Shown here: positions 26,283-38,421 of the stretch, in pieces
Position numbering within the stretch: the stretch's first letter is position 1
Layout of the letters: each line of letters starts with the position of its first letter
From: Octopus sinensis
Taxonomy: Eukaryota
NCBI RefSeq assembly: GCF_006345805.1
Contig: NC_043002.1
Span: 113,646,001 to 113,710,000 of the forward strand
Reading direction: 5' to 3'
DNA: 64,000 bases
Made by a program: the position numbers and the translations under genes
The notes under the pieces: model-generated
The model's database searches: none
Told to the model about the DNA's origin: nothing
What the model saw: the letters and a program-made list of their open reading frames with translations, nothing else

Positions 26283-26675
26283 AGATATACAAGCATGGCT
26301 GTGTGGTAAGAAGCTTACTTCCCAACCATATGGTTCTGGGTTCAGTCCCACAGCATGGCACCTTGAACAAGTGTATTCTACTATAGCCTTGGGCCAACCA
26401 TAGCTTTGTAAAAGAAGCCCATCGTGTGTGTGTGTGTGTGTGTGTGTGTGCACATGTGTGGGTTTGTTGCCCACTACCACTTGACAACTGGTGTTGGTAT
26501 GTTTACATCCCCATAACTTAGCTGTTCGGCAAAAGAGACCAACAGAATAAATACTAGGCTGAAAAAAAATAAGTGCTGGGGTTGATTCATTCAACTAAAA
26601 GATTCTTCAAAGTGGTGCCCCAGCATGGCCACAGTCTAATGACTGAAACGAGTAAAAGATAGAAGATAAAAAGAT
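26283..26675 (+). mobile_element. SINE family B, older copy
   Basis: GGCTGTGTGGTAAGAAGC..GGTTCAGTCCCAC head. Confidence 0.8.
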
Positions 26676-26699
26676 TTATATGTATAACTTTTAACTTTT

Positions 26700-27268
26700 T
26701 AACTTTTTTAACTTTTTTACTTGTTTCAGTCATTTGACTGCGGCCATGCTGGAGCACCGCCTTTAGTCAAGCAAATCGACCCCGGGACTTATTCTTTGTA
26801 AGCCCAGTACTTATTCTATCGGTCTCTTTTGCCGAACCGCAAGTATATAGATATATATATACTCTTTTACTCTTTTACTTGTTTCAGTCATTTGACTGCG
26901 GCCATGCTGGAGCACCGCTTTCAGTCAAGTAAATCAACCCCGGGACTTATTCTTTTGGAAGCCCAGTACTTATTCTATCGGTCTCTTTTGCCAAAACGCT
27001 AAGTAACGGGGACATAAACACACCAGCATCAGTTGTCAAGCGATGGTGGGGGGACAAACACAGATACACAAACACACACGCATATATATATATATACATA
27101 TATACGACGGGCTTCTTTGAGTTTCCGTCTACCAAATCCACTCACAAGGCTTTGGTCGGCTTGAGGTTATAGTAGAAGACACTTGCCCAAGGTGCCACAC
27201 AGTGGGACTGAACCCGGAACCATGTGGTTGGTAAACAAGCTACTTACCACACAGCCACTCCTGCGCCT
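26700..27268 (-). mobile_element. Two tandem SINE family B copies (3' fragment plus full copy)
   Basis: Tail block TTTTACTTGTTTCAGTCATTTGACTGCGGCC at about 26715 and 26875. Confidence 0.88.
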
Positions 27269-27452
27269 ATATATATATATATATATATTTACAATATATA
27301 AAATATATATATTATAAACACACACATGTTTCTTCCAGTTTCTTTCTATCAAATTCACTCCTAAAGCTATGATCATCTTAGGACTATAGTGAAGGCACTT
27401 GTCATGAAACTCAAGAATGGAACAAAGACAAAGAAAAGGCTGGACTTTAAGT

Positions 27453-27735
27453 CAGTGGTTCTCAACCATTTTTTTACCTATGGACCCCTTAGATTATTGC
27501 TTTAGTGTGGTGGACCCCGCTAGCCATTCAGTGTTTAAAAACTAGCTTTCAAAATTCCTTTTTTTTTATTTTTCACACATTAACTCGTGTAGGTTAAAAT
27601 ATGTTAAACGTTAGAGAAGAAATCTGGCTGTTTCTTGCAACACATACACTTAAAGCAAATTTTTTTCATGAACCCTTAATATATACTGCACCCCCAGAAA
27701 TCTTCCAATCCCTCCAGGAGTCATCTGGATTACTG
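27453..27735. mobile_element. hAT (Charlie-like) MITE
   Basis: CAGTGGTTCTCAACC terminus, degenerate right end GATTACTG, 8-bp TSD CTTTAAGT / CTTTAAGC with central TA. Confidence 0.7.
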
Positions 27736-28244
27736 CTTTAAGCGCTTTAGAATTATGTCCCTTAGATTAATCCTTTAAGTCATTATCCTGCACGTCAGTA
27801 TTTAGTTAACACCACAACCGTTTGTACATGTGATTGTAGTATGAAGTGCAGTAGAGTGAGGCAAGAGGGAGAGAGATGGGGGAGAGAGATACAGATGAAG
27901 AGGGGGGATGGAACTAAAGGCTAAAATTTATTACACTGGGTAATAAATCTGATGTCTTAAAAAGGTTTGAGGTGGCAGAAAAAAAAATCAGCCACATTGC
28001 CAAAACATTAAAGCTTGCAACTTCTATGATGAGAACAATATGTTGATAATATAAAGAAAATTAAGTGCTAAAAACTACAACATTAACTGCTTGGATTTTA
28101 TTCTCTCATACATCTAATCTAATATAAAATGGGACGGCTCTCGAGTGTATAGATCGCGTATCAAACTCAACAATAATGTGACGATAAACACAATGGTTAA
28201 TACAATTTTATATTTGTGAGATGAGGAATTTATATTATGCATAG

Positions 28245-28630
28245 TGGAGGCGCAATGGCCCAGTGGTTAGGGCAGTGGACTCGCGGTCGTAGGATCGCGG
28301 TTTCGATTCCCAGACCGGGCGTTGTGAGTGTTTATTGAGCGAAAACACCTAAAAGCTCCACGAGGCTCCGGCAGGGGGTGGTGGTGATCCCTGCTGTACT
28401 CTTTCACCACAACTTTCTCTCACTCTTACTTCCTGTTTCTGTTGTACCTGTATTTCAAAGGACCGGCCTTGTCACTCTGTGTCACGCTGAATATCCCCGA
28501 GAACTACGTTAAGGGTACACATGTCTGTGGAGTGCTCAGCCACTTACACGTTAATTTCACAAGCAGGCTGTTCCGTTGATCGGATCAACTGGAACCCTCG
28601 TCGGCGTAACCGACGGAGTGCTTCCATCCA
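28245..28630 (+). mobile_element. SINE family C, full length
   Basis: TSD TATTATGCATA. Confidence 0.92.
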
Positions 28631-28759
28631 TATTATGCATACTGCTTATATTAGATGGGGTGGTACCCTCATCTTGATTGTTGAATTCACTACATTTCAG
28701 CTGTTGTACATGACACCTTCTTCAGGTGTCATGTGTTGAACTCAGTTGTATCAGAATTT

Positions 28760-28930
28760 CAAACCTAACCCTTTATTTGATCCACAGGGGTACACTGTTC
28801 TCATTCCACTCTGCATTTTGTGACAATTTTTGCTTCAGTTGAGTTTTTGTGAATTACTTTAGTGCCTTGCCTGTGATTGAACTCAGAACCCTGCATTAAC
28901 CAACAACTTTATCTACTACACTATGTCAGT
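28760..28930 (-). mobile_element. Old SINE-like repeat, family G
   Basis: Homologous to 13880-14040; tRNA-like GGTTCTGAGTTCAATC on minus strand. Confidence 0.5.
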
Positions 28931-30411
28931 AGGCAGTGGCAGAGTGAATTTTAAGACTTATAAATCTAATGTCTACATAATCTATTGTAGCAGTCTGCTC
29001 TTTTCTTTCTTAATTATTGCTTCCCATATTGTATTCATCTCTACACTTGGCCTGCTTAGGAGGTCGTTATGTCTTAGCATATGAGTTGCTTCCTTAAGTT
29101 TTCTAATTTTACAGTGGTGTTCTCTATTATTTTGACTTCATCCGACAGTGGTTGGTGGTTTCCATTTTCCATACATGATTGGTTATACCTGACTTTTTAT
29201 TATCCCCTTGAAACGTCAGGTATAGATTTGCTATGAAATATTATAGTGGTGATAAATACGAGAGTTACTGAGAGGATGAGGGACACTAATATATACGGGG
29301 TCGATACATTTGACTAAAACCTTTAAGATAAGTGCCTCAGCATGAGAAGAGCCCAAGGACTGGAACAAGTAAAAGACAAAAGAATATATTGGTAACAGAA
29401 CCCTGATGTCTAAATATAGCAGGAAACCAGGAAAATCTAGAGGATGAAAGTTCACAGTGATTCAGTGTAGACAGGTATACTTTAGGATGTGGTAGAAGAG
29501 AATATGAGAGATCTTTGGTGTTGATTTGACCAAGATAGCAAAGGAAAAGCCATGGGATCACTGGTGAAAAACTCACAAGTGATGGATAGGAAGGTGCAGG
29601 CAGTACTTTACAGCTGTTTCTGGAACAGATGCCTATAACACTCTTAATATCATTCCTTGCCACTTATTTTCTACTGAATACACCTTTTCTTTGAACTCCT
29701 TCTCATATCTATTATTGTCAGTCTCCCACACCTTTGTTCATCATTAACTTTATCCATCTTTACATACCTCTGATAGTGAATCACACAACCCTATCCCACA
29801 CACTTCACAGTCTCTCTTTTTCTCACCTGTGGTTTCATTACACTGCTGCTCTCCATCAGTCCTTTAATAATCACCACTTATCACCTCCTCGTCCTGCCTC
29901 TCTTCTATTTTCCTTCATCCTGTCTCCAAACTGAGATTCCCTTTGTGTTCACCATGCTTCCACTTTGTGTTCACCATTCACTACATTTACCTCATCTCCA
30001 TTTCAAACCATCTGTCACTTTCCTTTCACACTCTCACGAACTTACCCATCCATCCTTCCTGATCTTCTGTCCCTATTCTCTCTAATACTCACCTTCTTGA
30101 ACACCATTATATCTTTTTCCCTTTCCAGCTGAGGTAGCTGTGTATCTCCTCTACAGCAAGACACTTGTTCCTAACTCTCCATCATACTTTAGCTTCTCAA
30201 TCAATAATGCACCACCACTCATTTGACAGGCCTTATCTTACAAGTTAGTTAGTGACTCCACTAGTGCCAATGCCATAAAAGAACTCACTCAGTTGGCTCT
30301 GTAAAGCAGTTCACATTTGGAAGAACATCCAGTTGTAGAAACCACACTAAAACAGACACTAAAGCTTGAAGCAGTCCTCTAGCTCCTTAGATCCTATTAA
30401 ATTATCCAATA

Positions 30412-30797
30412 CTAGTAGTATCGCCCGGCGTTGCTCGGGTTTGTAAGGGAAATAACTATATAAGCATTTTTAGAGATGTAAAGTATAATAGCCATCTCAA
30501 TATGGCTAACCACAAGGTGGGGGGTGTTACTGTAGCTTTTTACGTTCTGAGATTTAATAATAAATTTTTGGAGAGTTACTTCCCTTATATATGCCAAAAA
30601 TGCATTAAAAATGGGAAAAATTGATGGTAAATTTTTTTTTAAATCGTAGACTCATGCTAATACCCAGAAGGGCTCGATATGAATCACGACTATAAGATAC
30701 CCGCTTTTGGTTAAACTGCACCGCAAAATGTGGGAGTAGTTAGGAATCTAAATCGTAGGAGACAGACAGCACACAATCTTACTTTTATATATAAAGA
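30412..30797 (-). mobile_element. Non-autonomous Helitron family H
   Basis: CTAG/hairpin and TC termini at an A|T site. Confidence 0.85.
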
Positions 30798-30849
30798 TAT
30801 ACCCCCATCAAATACAGACAAATGATGATGAGGAGGAGGATACAGGTGT

Positions 30850-31345
30850 GTGTGGGCATCATCATCATTTTCAATGTGTGTATGTGTGTGTGTGTGATGC
30901 GTACTGATGTAGACAGCTGCATACAGAAGTGCAGATCACCTAAAGTGGATGGAACTTGTGGAAGAAGGAGACCCAGAAAGACATGGGATGGAGTATTGAA
31001 CGCTGATCTCAAGACACGGGGCCTTATGAAGGAAATGGCCAAGGACCAAGATATCTTGTGCATTACTGTACTTAGGAAGATCTGTCTCCCACAGCAGAAT
31101 TGGCATTGATGCTGGTACCACATAAAAAGCCCTGGTGCTGGTGCCATGTTAAAAGCGCTGGTACTGGTGACACATAAAAAACACCCAGTACACACTGTGG
31201 AGTGATTGATGTTGAGAAGGGCATCCAGCCATAGAAACCATGTTAGAACAGACAATGAAACCTGGTGAGGTCCCTGGCCTTACCAGCTTCAGTCAAACTG
31301 TCCAACCCATACCAGTATGGAAAACATTAAATACTGATGATGATG
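30850..31345 (+). mobile_element. RTE LINE 3' fragment
   Basis: VDGTCGRRRPRKTWDGV..DL; GAT tail. Confidence 0.75.
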
Positions 31346-31361
31346 ATAAATATAAAAAAAG

Positions 31362-31700
31362 GTAAAGACGCCCTTCAGTCATGAATGACCATGGGATTGC
31401 ACCTACAAAGTTACTCTCCAAGGCACAAGTTCAGGCAAGGTTGTTTATGGAAGAGCAGCAATCATCCATGCATATCAGCCGGTCCTCTCCACAGTACTGA
31501 TGTCATCCAAGGGAAAGGAAAAGGTGGATAACTTGGTACCAGGGACGCTGCAGTTCATTTCTACAGCTGAGTGAACTGAAGTGATGTGAAAGAAAGTGAC
31601 TTGCTCAAGAACAGAAAACACCGCCCAGTCCAGGAATTGAACTCACTCATAATAGTGAGTCTGATGCTCTAACAACTGACCGAGGCACCTTCACACTGAT
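31362..31700 (-). mobile_element. tRNA-derived SINE family F
   Basis: Reverse complement of 43255-43575. Confidence 0.75.
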
Positions 31701-31767
31701 ATATATATATACACACACACACACATATATATACACACACACGCACATATATATATATATACACACA

Positions 31768-31804
<37 letters not shown>

Positions 31805-31851
31805 TATAAGAATTTTTTGCATAATGAGATAAAAAGACCAAGGCTATGTAG

Positions 31852-31952
31852 TTCTTCCCTTCTTTCCTGAGCGTCCAATAATACTTTATCTGTTCCATGT
31901 CCTCACGTTGTTATGTTTTTTTGTTTTTTTGTGTTTTCTTGTTTGGATTAAC
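31852..31952 (+). mobile_element. Truncated copy of the hammerhead-bearing element at 41312-41515
   Basis: TTCTTTCCTGAGCGTCCAATAATAC...GATTAAC shared; flanked by a 42-43 bp direct duplication plus (TA)n. Confidence 0.7.
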
Positions 31953-31977
31953 TATATATATATACATATATATATGT

Positions 31978-32012
<35 letters not shown>

Positions 32013-32639
32013 AATTTTTTGCATAATGAGATAAGAAACCAAGGCTGTGTAGATATTAGAACATTTATAGATAGAAGGTCTTACAGATGTTTCCAGGGTA
32101 TTTATTAATATCCCTTCATTGAATGAGAAGATGGTTAAGTTATAATTAATTTAGATGTGATACAAAATAGAGAGTGAGGTGGAGGAAAGAAAATAGATGT
32201 AAGATATGTAGAGATATTGAAGTTGTAGATCCATTTTTTTTAGGTAGAATGGTATATATGTAGTATTCCAATACCCTATGAGTAAAGTCCAACAGAGTTT
32301 AAAGTGGGTCCTTCCAATACCTTATGAGTGAGAGCCAGCAGTTTGGTCATTCTTGGTCATTCCAAGTACAGAATTTATACACAGTGTTGCAGAGGCAAAG
32401 GTTCACTTTAAGTAAAAACCTTTGACTCTACAACACTCTTACAATACACACTCATTCAAAGTTCTTCTTTCCTCACCATTCACTTCTACTCACCTTGTAT
32501 CTTACGAGTCCACACACATAAACCTTCAGCACTATTTTTATCTCTTTTCCCACTCCATTCCAATCACCCACCCACTCTCCCTTTAAAAATGCAAGTAGCC
32601 ATGTAGCCCCTCTATAGTAAGAAGCCTGTTCTGCTCTGG

Positions 32640-32925
32640 CCACTTCTCTCATGTCCCCACATAAAGTTGCCGCTCTCTGAATTCATAGTCTTACAAGCTA
32701 CACAAAGACCTCACTAATGCTGAAGATACAAATGAAGCACTGAGTACAGTCTGTAAAGTAGTTGGTACTAGGAAGGATATCCAGCCATAGAAATGTAAAT
32801 CTAAAATATTTAACACTTTAACATGCCAAAGTAGGGAGTGGAGCATGAAGCAGTCCTGGGACCTACTGCTCCCTGTCAAATCATCCAACCCATGCTAGTA
32901 TGGAATATAGATGTTAAATCATGAT
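32640..32925 (-). mobile_element. RTE-tail element, diverged
   Basis: TCATCCAACCCATGCTAGTATGG..GTTAAA motif with flanking family sequence. Confidence 0.5.
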
Positions 32926-32929
32926 GGTA

Positions 32930-32965
<36 letters not shown>

Positions 32966-33039
32966 ACATACATGTGCATATAAATATATTGCATCATCAG
33001 GCTATCTAACCGAGAGCTTTGTTTGTTGACTGTGTTATG

Positions 33040-33622
33040 ACTCATATATGTATGTATGTATGTATATATGTGAGTGTGTGTGTATGTATGTGAGTGTGTG
33101 TGTATGAAAGTATGTATTATGTATGTGAGTATGTGTGTGTGTATGTATGTATGTATGTATGTGAGTGTGTGTGTGTATATGTATGTATTATGTATGAATG
33201 TATGTATGTATGTATGTGAGTGTGTGTGTGTATGTATGTATGTATGTATGTATGTATGTATGTATGTATGTATGTATATATGTGAGTGTGTGTGTGTATG
33301 TATGTATGTATTATGTATGAATGTATGTATGTATGTATGTATGTATGTATTATGTGTGTATGTATGTATGTATGTATGTATGTATGTATGTATGCATGTA
33401 TGTATATATATATATGTGAGTGTGTGTGTGTGTATGTATGTATGTATGTATGTGAGTGTGTGTGTATGTATGTATGTATGTATGTATGTATGTATGTATG
33501 TATGTATGTGTGTGTGTATGTATGTATGTATGTATGTATGTATGTGTGTATGTATGTATGTATGTATGTATGTATGTATGTATGTATGCATGTGTGTGTA
33601 TGTATGTATGTATGTATGTATT
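33040..33622. repeat. Compound (TATG)n/(TG)n microsatellite, ~580 bp
   Basis: Directly visible. Confidence 0.97.
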
Positions 33623-33624
33623 AT

Positions 33625-34330
33625 TATTCGAAGGCTCTCGGTGTGAAAGTATAGAAGCTCTTGTGTTAAAGCAAAGGCTCAGATGGAGTGGTCATCTGGT
33701 CAGGATAAAGGATTCAAGGATGCCAAAACAACCCTTTTATGGAGAGTTAGCTAAAGGAGAATGTCCCCAAATAAACCAAAAAAGAGGTATAAGGACTTGC
33801 TGAAGGCTTCCTTAAGAGATGCTTGCATCTCTCCTGACACATGGGAAGGCATAGCTATTGATTGTAGCAGGTGGAGAAGGATTGTGTTGAAGGGACAGCC
33901 ACGTTTGAGAAAGCTCGAGTTGCACATGAGAAAGTAAGGAGGGATGTCAGGAAGGGCATCGCTGTTACACTTCCAGAAGGGAAGGGTCTTCCTTTGATTC
34001 TGACATGCAATGTCTGTACAAGACCCTGCCTCAGTAAAGCTGGACTCAAGAGTCATCTTCGTAGTCATAAAGCGAGACAGATGAGTGACAACCTGGCCAC
34101 TGGTGGTGATGTAACACACCATGCTAATCATATCTGTCGGGCATGTGGAAGACTTAAATGACATGCAAAGCTACATGAAGCCCAGTTACAACTACAGCCG
34201 GCTATTACCGGTAAAGGTTTTAGTTGCCAATTTTGTACAAGACATTGTAGATGGTTAGCTGGGCTAAAAAGTCACATTCGATCACAGCACCAGTAACAGT
34301 TAAGCTTCGTGCAATGGCCATACTCGATAA
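33625..34330 (+). mobile_element. RTE (BovB-like) LINE 3' fragment with C2H2-type motifs
   Basis: ESIEALVLKQRLRWSGHLVRIKDSRMPKQPFYGEL; CNVCTRPCLSKAGLKSHLRSH. Confidence 0.85.
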
Positions 34331-34624
34331 CGAGGGGGCAGCCATAATAATGTATTATGTATGTATGTGAGTGTGTGTGTGTGTATTTATGTATGTTATG
34401 TCCACCTAGCTTGACATCCTTCACTCTCTGGATCATCATGGAGATGAAAGGAGTCAAAATACATTCTACATTCTTTATGCGCAAAATCTTAAGTGTTAAG
34501 TTTTAGATTTAAATTTTAATTCACCTCTTTTACTCTTTTACTTGTTTCAGTCATTTTGACTGCGGCCATGCTGGAGCACCGACTTTGAGATGATAGGCAA
34601 AGTCTACCTCGGCGGAATTTTCTT

Positions 34625-34781
34625 AGAGTACAACAGGAGTGCCCCCCCCCCCTGCCGGAGGCTAGTAGAGCTTTTAGGTGTTTTCGCTCAATAAACAATC
34701 ACAACGCTCGGTCTGGGAATCGAAACCGCGATCCTCCGACCGTGAGTCCGCTGCCCTAACCACTGGGCCATTGCGCCTCCA
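34625..34781 (-). mobile_element. SINE family C, 5' part
   Basis: Reverse complement of the family C head. Confidence 0.8.
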
Positions 34782-34939
34782 AAATACCATTAAGCATTTC
34801 ACCCAGCACCCTAACATTTCTGCCAACTTGCTGCGTTCACCTGAAGAATTTTTTTTTTCATGATATAATTAATTTGTTCATCAATAAAAAAAACATGTCT
34901 GAAACAGCATTTGTATTTTTATGCATATAAATATATACA

Positions 34940-35225
34940 CACATACAGATCATTATCATTTAATGTCTGTTTTCCATGCTAACATAGGACAAATGATTCA
35001 AGAAAAGCTAGTCCGCCAGGGGACTGTACCAACTTTCAATGTCTGTTCTGGGATACTTCAATGGCTGGATGTCCTTCCTAACACCAACCACTTTACAGAA
35101 TGAACAAGGTGCTTTTTACATAGCACCAGCCCTAGTGAGCTCACCAAGTGACTCACAAGACAAGACCCCCTCCAAATGAAGTAGGGAGAAGTGTTGAGGG
35201 AGGTGGCTTTATGCAATGACTCTCC
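34940..35225 (-). mobile_element. RTE-tail element, diverged
   Basis: GCTGGATGTCCTTCCTAACACCAACCAC motif. Confidence 0.6.
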
Positions 35226-35416
35226 TCTTGTCTCCAGACCAATAAGCTTATCCTTTTCATAAATGGCATGTCAGTTTTTAAGAATTTTTAATTCTTAAGA
35301 TTATCTCCCATTCTCAAGTATAACAGGGCTAACTTCCATTTGGTAATTAAAACTGCTAGAGGCAGAGGTAATTTCAACAAACTTATGTTGTACAATATTT
35401 AACATACATGCATCTG

Positions 35417-35455
<39 letters not shown>

Positions 35456-35777
35456 ATTCCCACTGCCCAACAATAAGTTTCATGAGCTTTGAAACTTTAA
35501 GTAGCACAGAATTTGAATCAAACTATTTTGATCCATATATATGATACACACATGTATATATATGCGTGTACCGTACACATAGAGAGAATATGTGTGTGTG
35601 TGTGCGCGCATGCGTGTATAAGCACAGGTGTCTGGTTAAGGAGCTTGCCTGCCAACCATGTTGTCTCAGGTTCAGTTCTACTGCATGGCACCTTGGGCAA
35701 GAGTATGCTACTATAGCCACAGGCTCACTAAAGCCTTGAGAGGATTTGGTAGATGGAATCTGAAAGAAGCCTGTTGT

Positions 35778-35823
<46 letters not shown>

Positions 35824-36149
35824 TTATATAAATAACAGGTAATGTGATATCTTATAACATATAAGTGCATGTGTATGTATACATGTTTTCGTGTCTTCCT
35901 TTGCCTTGACATTATGGTTATAAACAAGCATCCCTGCCATAAAAGCAACGTTTGCTTCCAGTCGTCCATGAAAACACATGTCTGGCATCGTGAGACATTA
36001 CCTTGCTTGGCAACAGAGAGCATGTGGCCATAGAGAATCTGCCTTAGCAAATTCTGTCTGACCAATGCAAGCATGAAAAACTGGACATGATGAGAAATAT
36101 ATATGTGCATGTGTGTGTGTATGTATGCATGTAGGTATGTATGTGTGCG

Positions 36150-36200
<51 letters not shown>

Positions 36201-36208
36201 CATCATCA

Positions 36209-36615
36209 ATAGGCGCAGGAGTGGCTGTGTGGTAAGTAGCTTGCTAACCAACCACATGGTTCTAGGTTCAGTCCCACTGCATGGCATCTTGGGCAAGTGT
36301 CTTCTGCTATAGCCCCGGGCCGACCAATGCCTTGTGAGTGGATTTGGTAGACGAAAACTGAAAGAAGCTTGTCGTATATATATATATATATGTATGTGTG
36401 TATATGTTTGTGTGTCTGTGTTTGTCCCCCTAGCATTGCTTGACAACCGATGCTGGTGTGTTTGCGTCCCCGTCACTTAGCGGTTCGGCAAAAGAGACCA
36501 ATAGAATAAGTACTGGGCTTACAAAGAATAAGTCCTGGGGTCGATTTGCTCGACTGAAGGCGGTGCTCCAGCATGGCTGCAGTCAAATGACTGAAACAAG
36601 TAAAAGAGTAAAGAG
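36209..36615 (+). mobile_element. SINE family B, full length
   Basis: TAGGCGCAGGAGTGGCTG head to AAGAGTAAAGAG tail. Confidence 0.9.
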
Positions 36616-36619
36616 AGAG

Positions 36620-36965
36620 TATCATTTAACATCCATTTTCCATACTGGCATGGTTTGGATGGTTTGACAGGAGCTGTCTAGCTGTCCAGGCTCCAGTTAT
36701 CTGATTTGGCAAGGTTTCTACAGCTGGATGGCCCTCCAAATGCCAACCACTTTACAGAGTGTGCTGGACATTTTGTATGCCCTACCAGCGCAGGTGCACT
36801 GTATATGGCACAGGTGCAAGTGCATTTTACATGGCACTAACACCTGCAAGACAAAGCCTCCTCTGCTGAGAAAGGGAGTGGGAGTACAGCCATAGAGGAC
36901 ATGCCTGTATGTATGGGTGGCCACAAATTCACTAAGCTTGACATATCTTCTCAAGTAGAGCCAAT
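36620..36965 (-). mobile_element. RTE-tail element, diverged
   Basis: GGTTTCTACAGCTGGATG..CCAACCAC motif. Confidence 0.6.
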
Positions 36966-36995
36966 TGCTAGAAGTCTTTGCCCCTTATCATCTCA

Positions 36996-37366
36996 TCTTT
37001 ATATATAAAAGTGAAGTTGTGTGTCTGTCCCCTTCGATTTAGATTCCTAACTACTCCCACATTTTGCGGTGCAGTTTAACCAAATATCGAGCCCTTCTGG
37101 TTATTAGCGCACGTCTACAATGAGTCTATGATTTTAAAAAAAATTTACCATCATTTTTTTCCATTTTAATGCATTTTTTTCGCTATTATATAAGGGAAGT
37201 AACTCTCTAAAAATGTCTCCGATGAGTCAACGATTTAAAAAAAAATTTACCATAATTTTTTTTCCATTTTTGATGCATTTTTTTTCTATTTTTTGGCTAT
37301 AACTCTAAAAATGCTTATATAGTTATTTCCCTTACAAACCCGAGCAACGCCGGGCGATACTGCTAG
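36996..37366 (+). mobile_element. Non-autonomous Helitron family H
   Basis: A|TC ... hairpin CTAG|T; two internal units. Confidence 0.88.
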
Positions 37367-37382
37367 TATATATATATATATA

Positions 37383-37670
37383 GCACTTGTGCTGGTGGCA
37401 TGTGAAATATTCGATCGAGGTTGTCGCCAGTGTCACTGGACTGGCTCCTGTGCAGGTGGCACATAAAAAGCACCATTTGGGCTTGACCGTTGCCAGTTCC
37501 ACCAAACTGGCACGTAAAAGCACTCACTACACTCATGAGTGGTTGGCATTAGGAATGGCATCCAGCTGTAGAAACTCTGCCATATCAGATTGGAGTTTGG
37601 TTCGCCAGACCTCAGTCAAATCATCCAACCCATGCTAGCATGGAAAGCGGACGTTAAATGATGATGATGA
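37383..37670 (+). mobile_element. RTE-tail element
   Basis: Homologous to 6480-6797; GAT tail. Confidence 0.85.
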
Positions 37671-37734
37671 TATATATATATATGGTTCTCTTGAATCCTG
37701 GAAATTTTATACATATATATATATAAACCAAATC

Positions 37735-38162
37735 AAATCAGATATCAGAAAGCAGAACCAAAATCGAAGTCGATCAACATCAATGGAAATTGCAGCTGTG
37801 ATACCAGTGCCGGTGACAAGTAAGTGAACCATCCGATCGTGGCCGTTGCCAGCGCCGTGCCGGTGGCATGTAAAAGGCCCCATCCGTTCGTGGCTGTTGC
37901 CAGCCTCGCCTGGTCCCGGTGGCACGTAAAAAGCACCATCCGTCTGTGGCCGTTTGCCAGCTCCGTCTGGCACCTGTGCGGGTGGCACGTAAAAAGCACC
38001 CACTACACTCATGGAGTGGTTGGCGTTAGGAAGGGCATCCAGCTGTAGAAACACTGCCAGATCTGACTGGCCTGGTGCAGCCTTCTGGCTTCACAGACCC
38101 CAGTTGAACCGTCCAACCCATGCTAGCATGGAAAGCAGACGCTAAATGATGATGATGATGCT
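37735..38162 (+). mobile_element. RTE-tail element
   Basis: GGCACGTAAAAAGCACC subrepeats; (GAT)n tail. Confidence 0.85.
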
Positions 38163-38421
38163 GATATATATATACACACATATAGATAGATAGATAGATA
38201 GATAGATAGATTTGATTAACAAGAGAGATGGATGATACAAAAATGTTTATTAATTGCTAGAACTGTTTCAAGCCAATTAGCAGCGATCCCTCAAAGGTGG
38301 GATACTTTAATACTGTTGATGAAATGCTTAGGTTGTATATTTATAACATCAAAACTCCATCCAATTTAATATTCTTTTGTTGTATAGTGTATTCGTTTCT
38401 TTTTGTGTCTGTCTTTTATTA

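Noticed and set aside
28688-28735. Minus-strand CTGAAGA...GAAA motif
   Set aside because: Stems I and II are very weak, and a competing TGACACC/GGTGTCA hairpin sequesters the core.
29195-29225. Hammerhead-like CCTGA...GAAACGTCAGG
   Set aside because: The CUGANGA core and stem II are lost; at most a fossil.
32914-33803. Long ORFs of 115-225 aa
   Set aside because: Translations of the (TATG)n/(TG)n microsatellite and the adjacent RTE fragment.
35523-36476. 317-aa ORF and the many recurring 60-110 aa ORFs
   Set aside because: Built from SINE copies and TA/CA repeats; the same peptides recur at every repeat copy.
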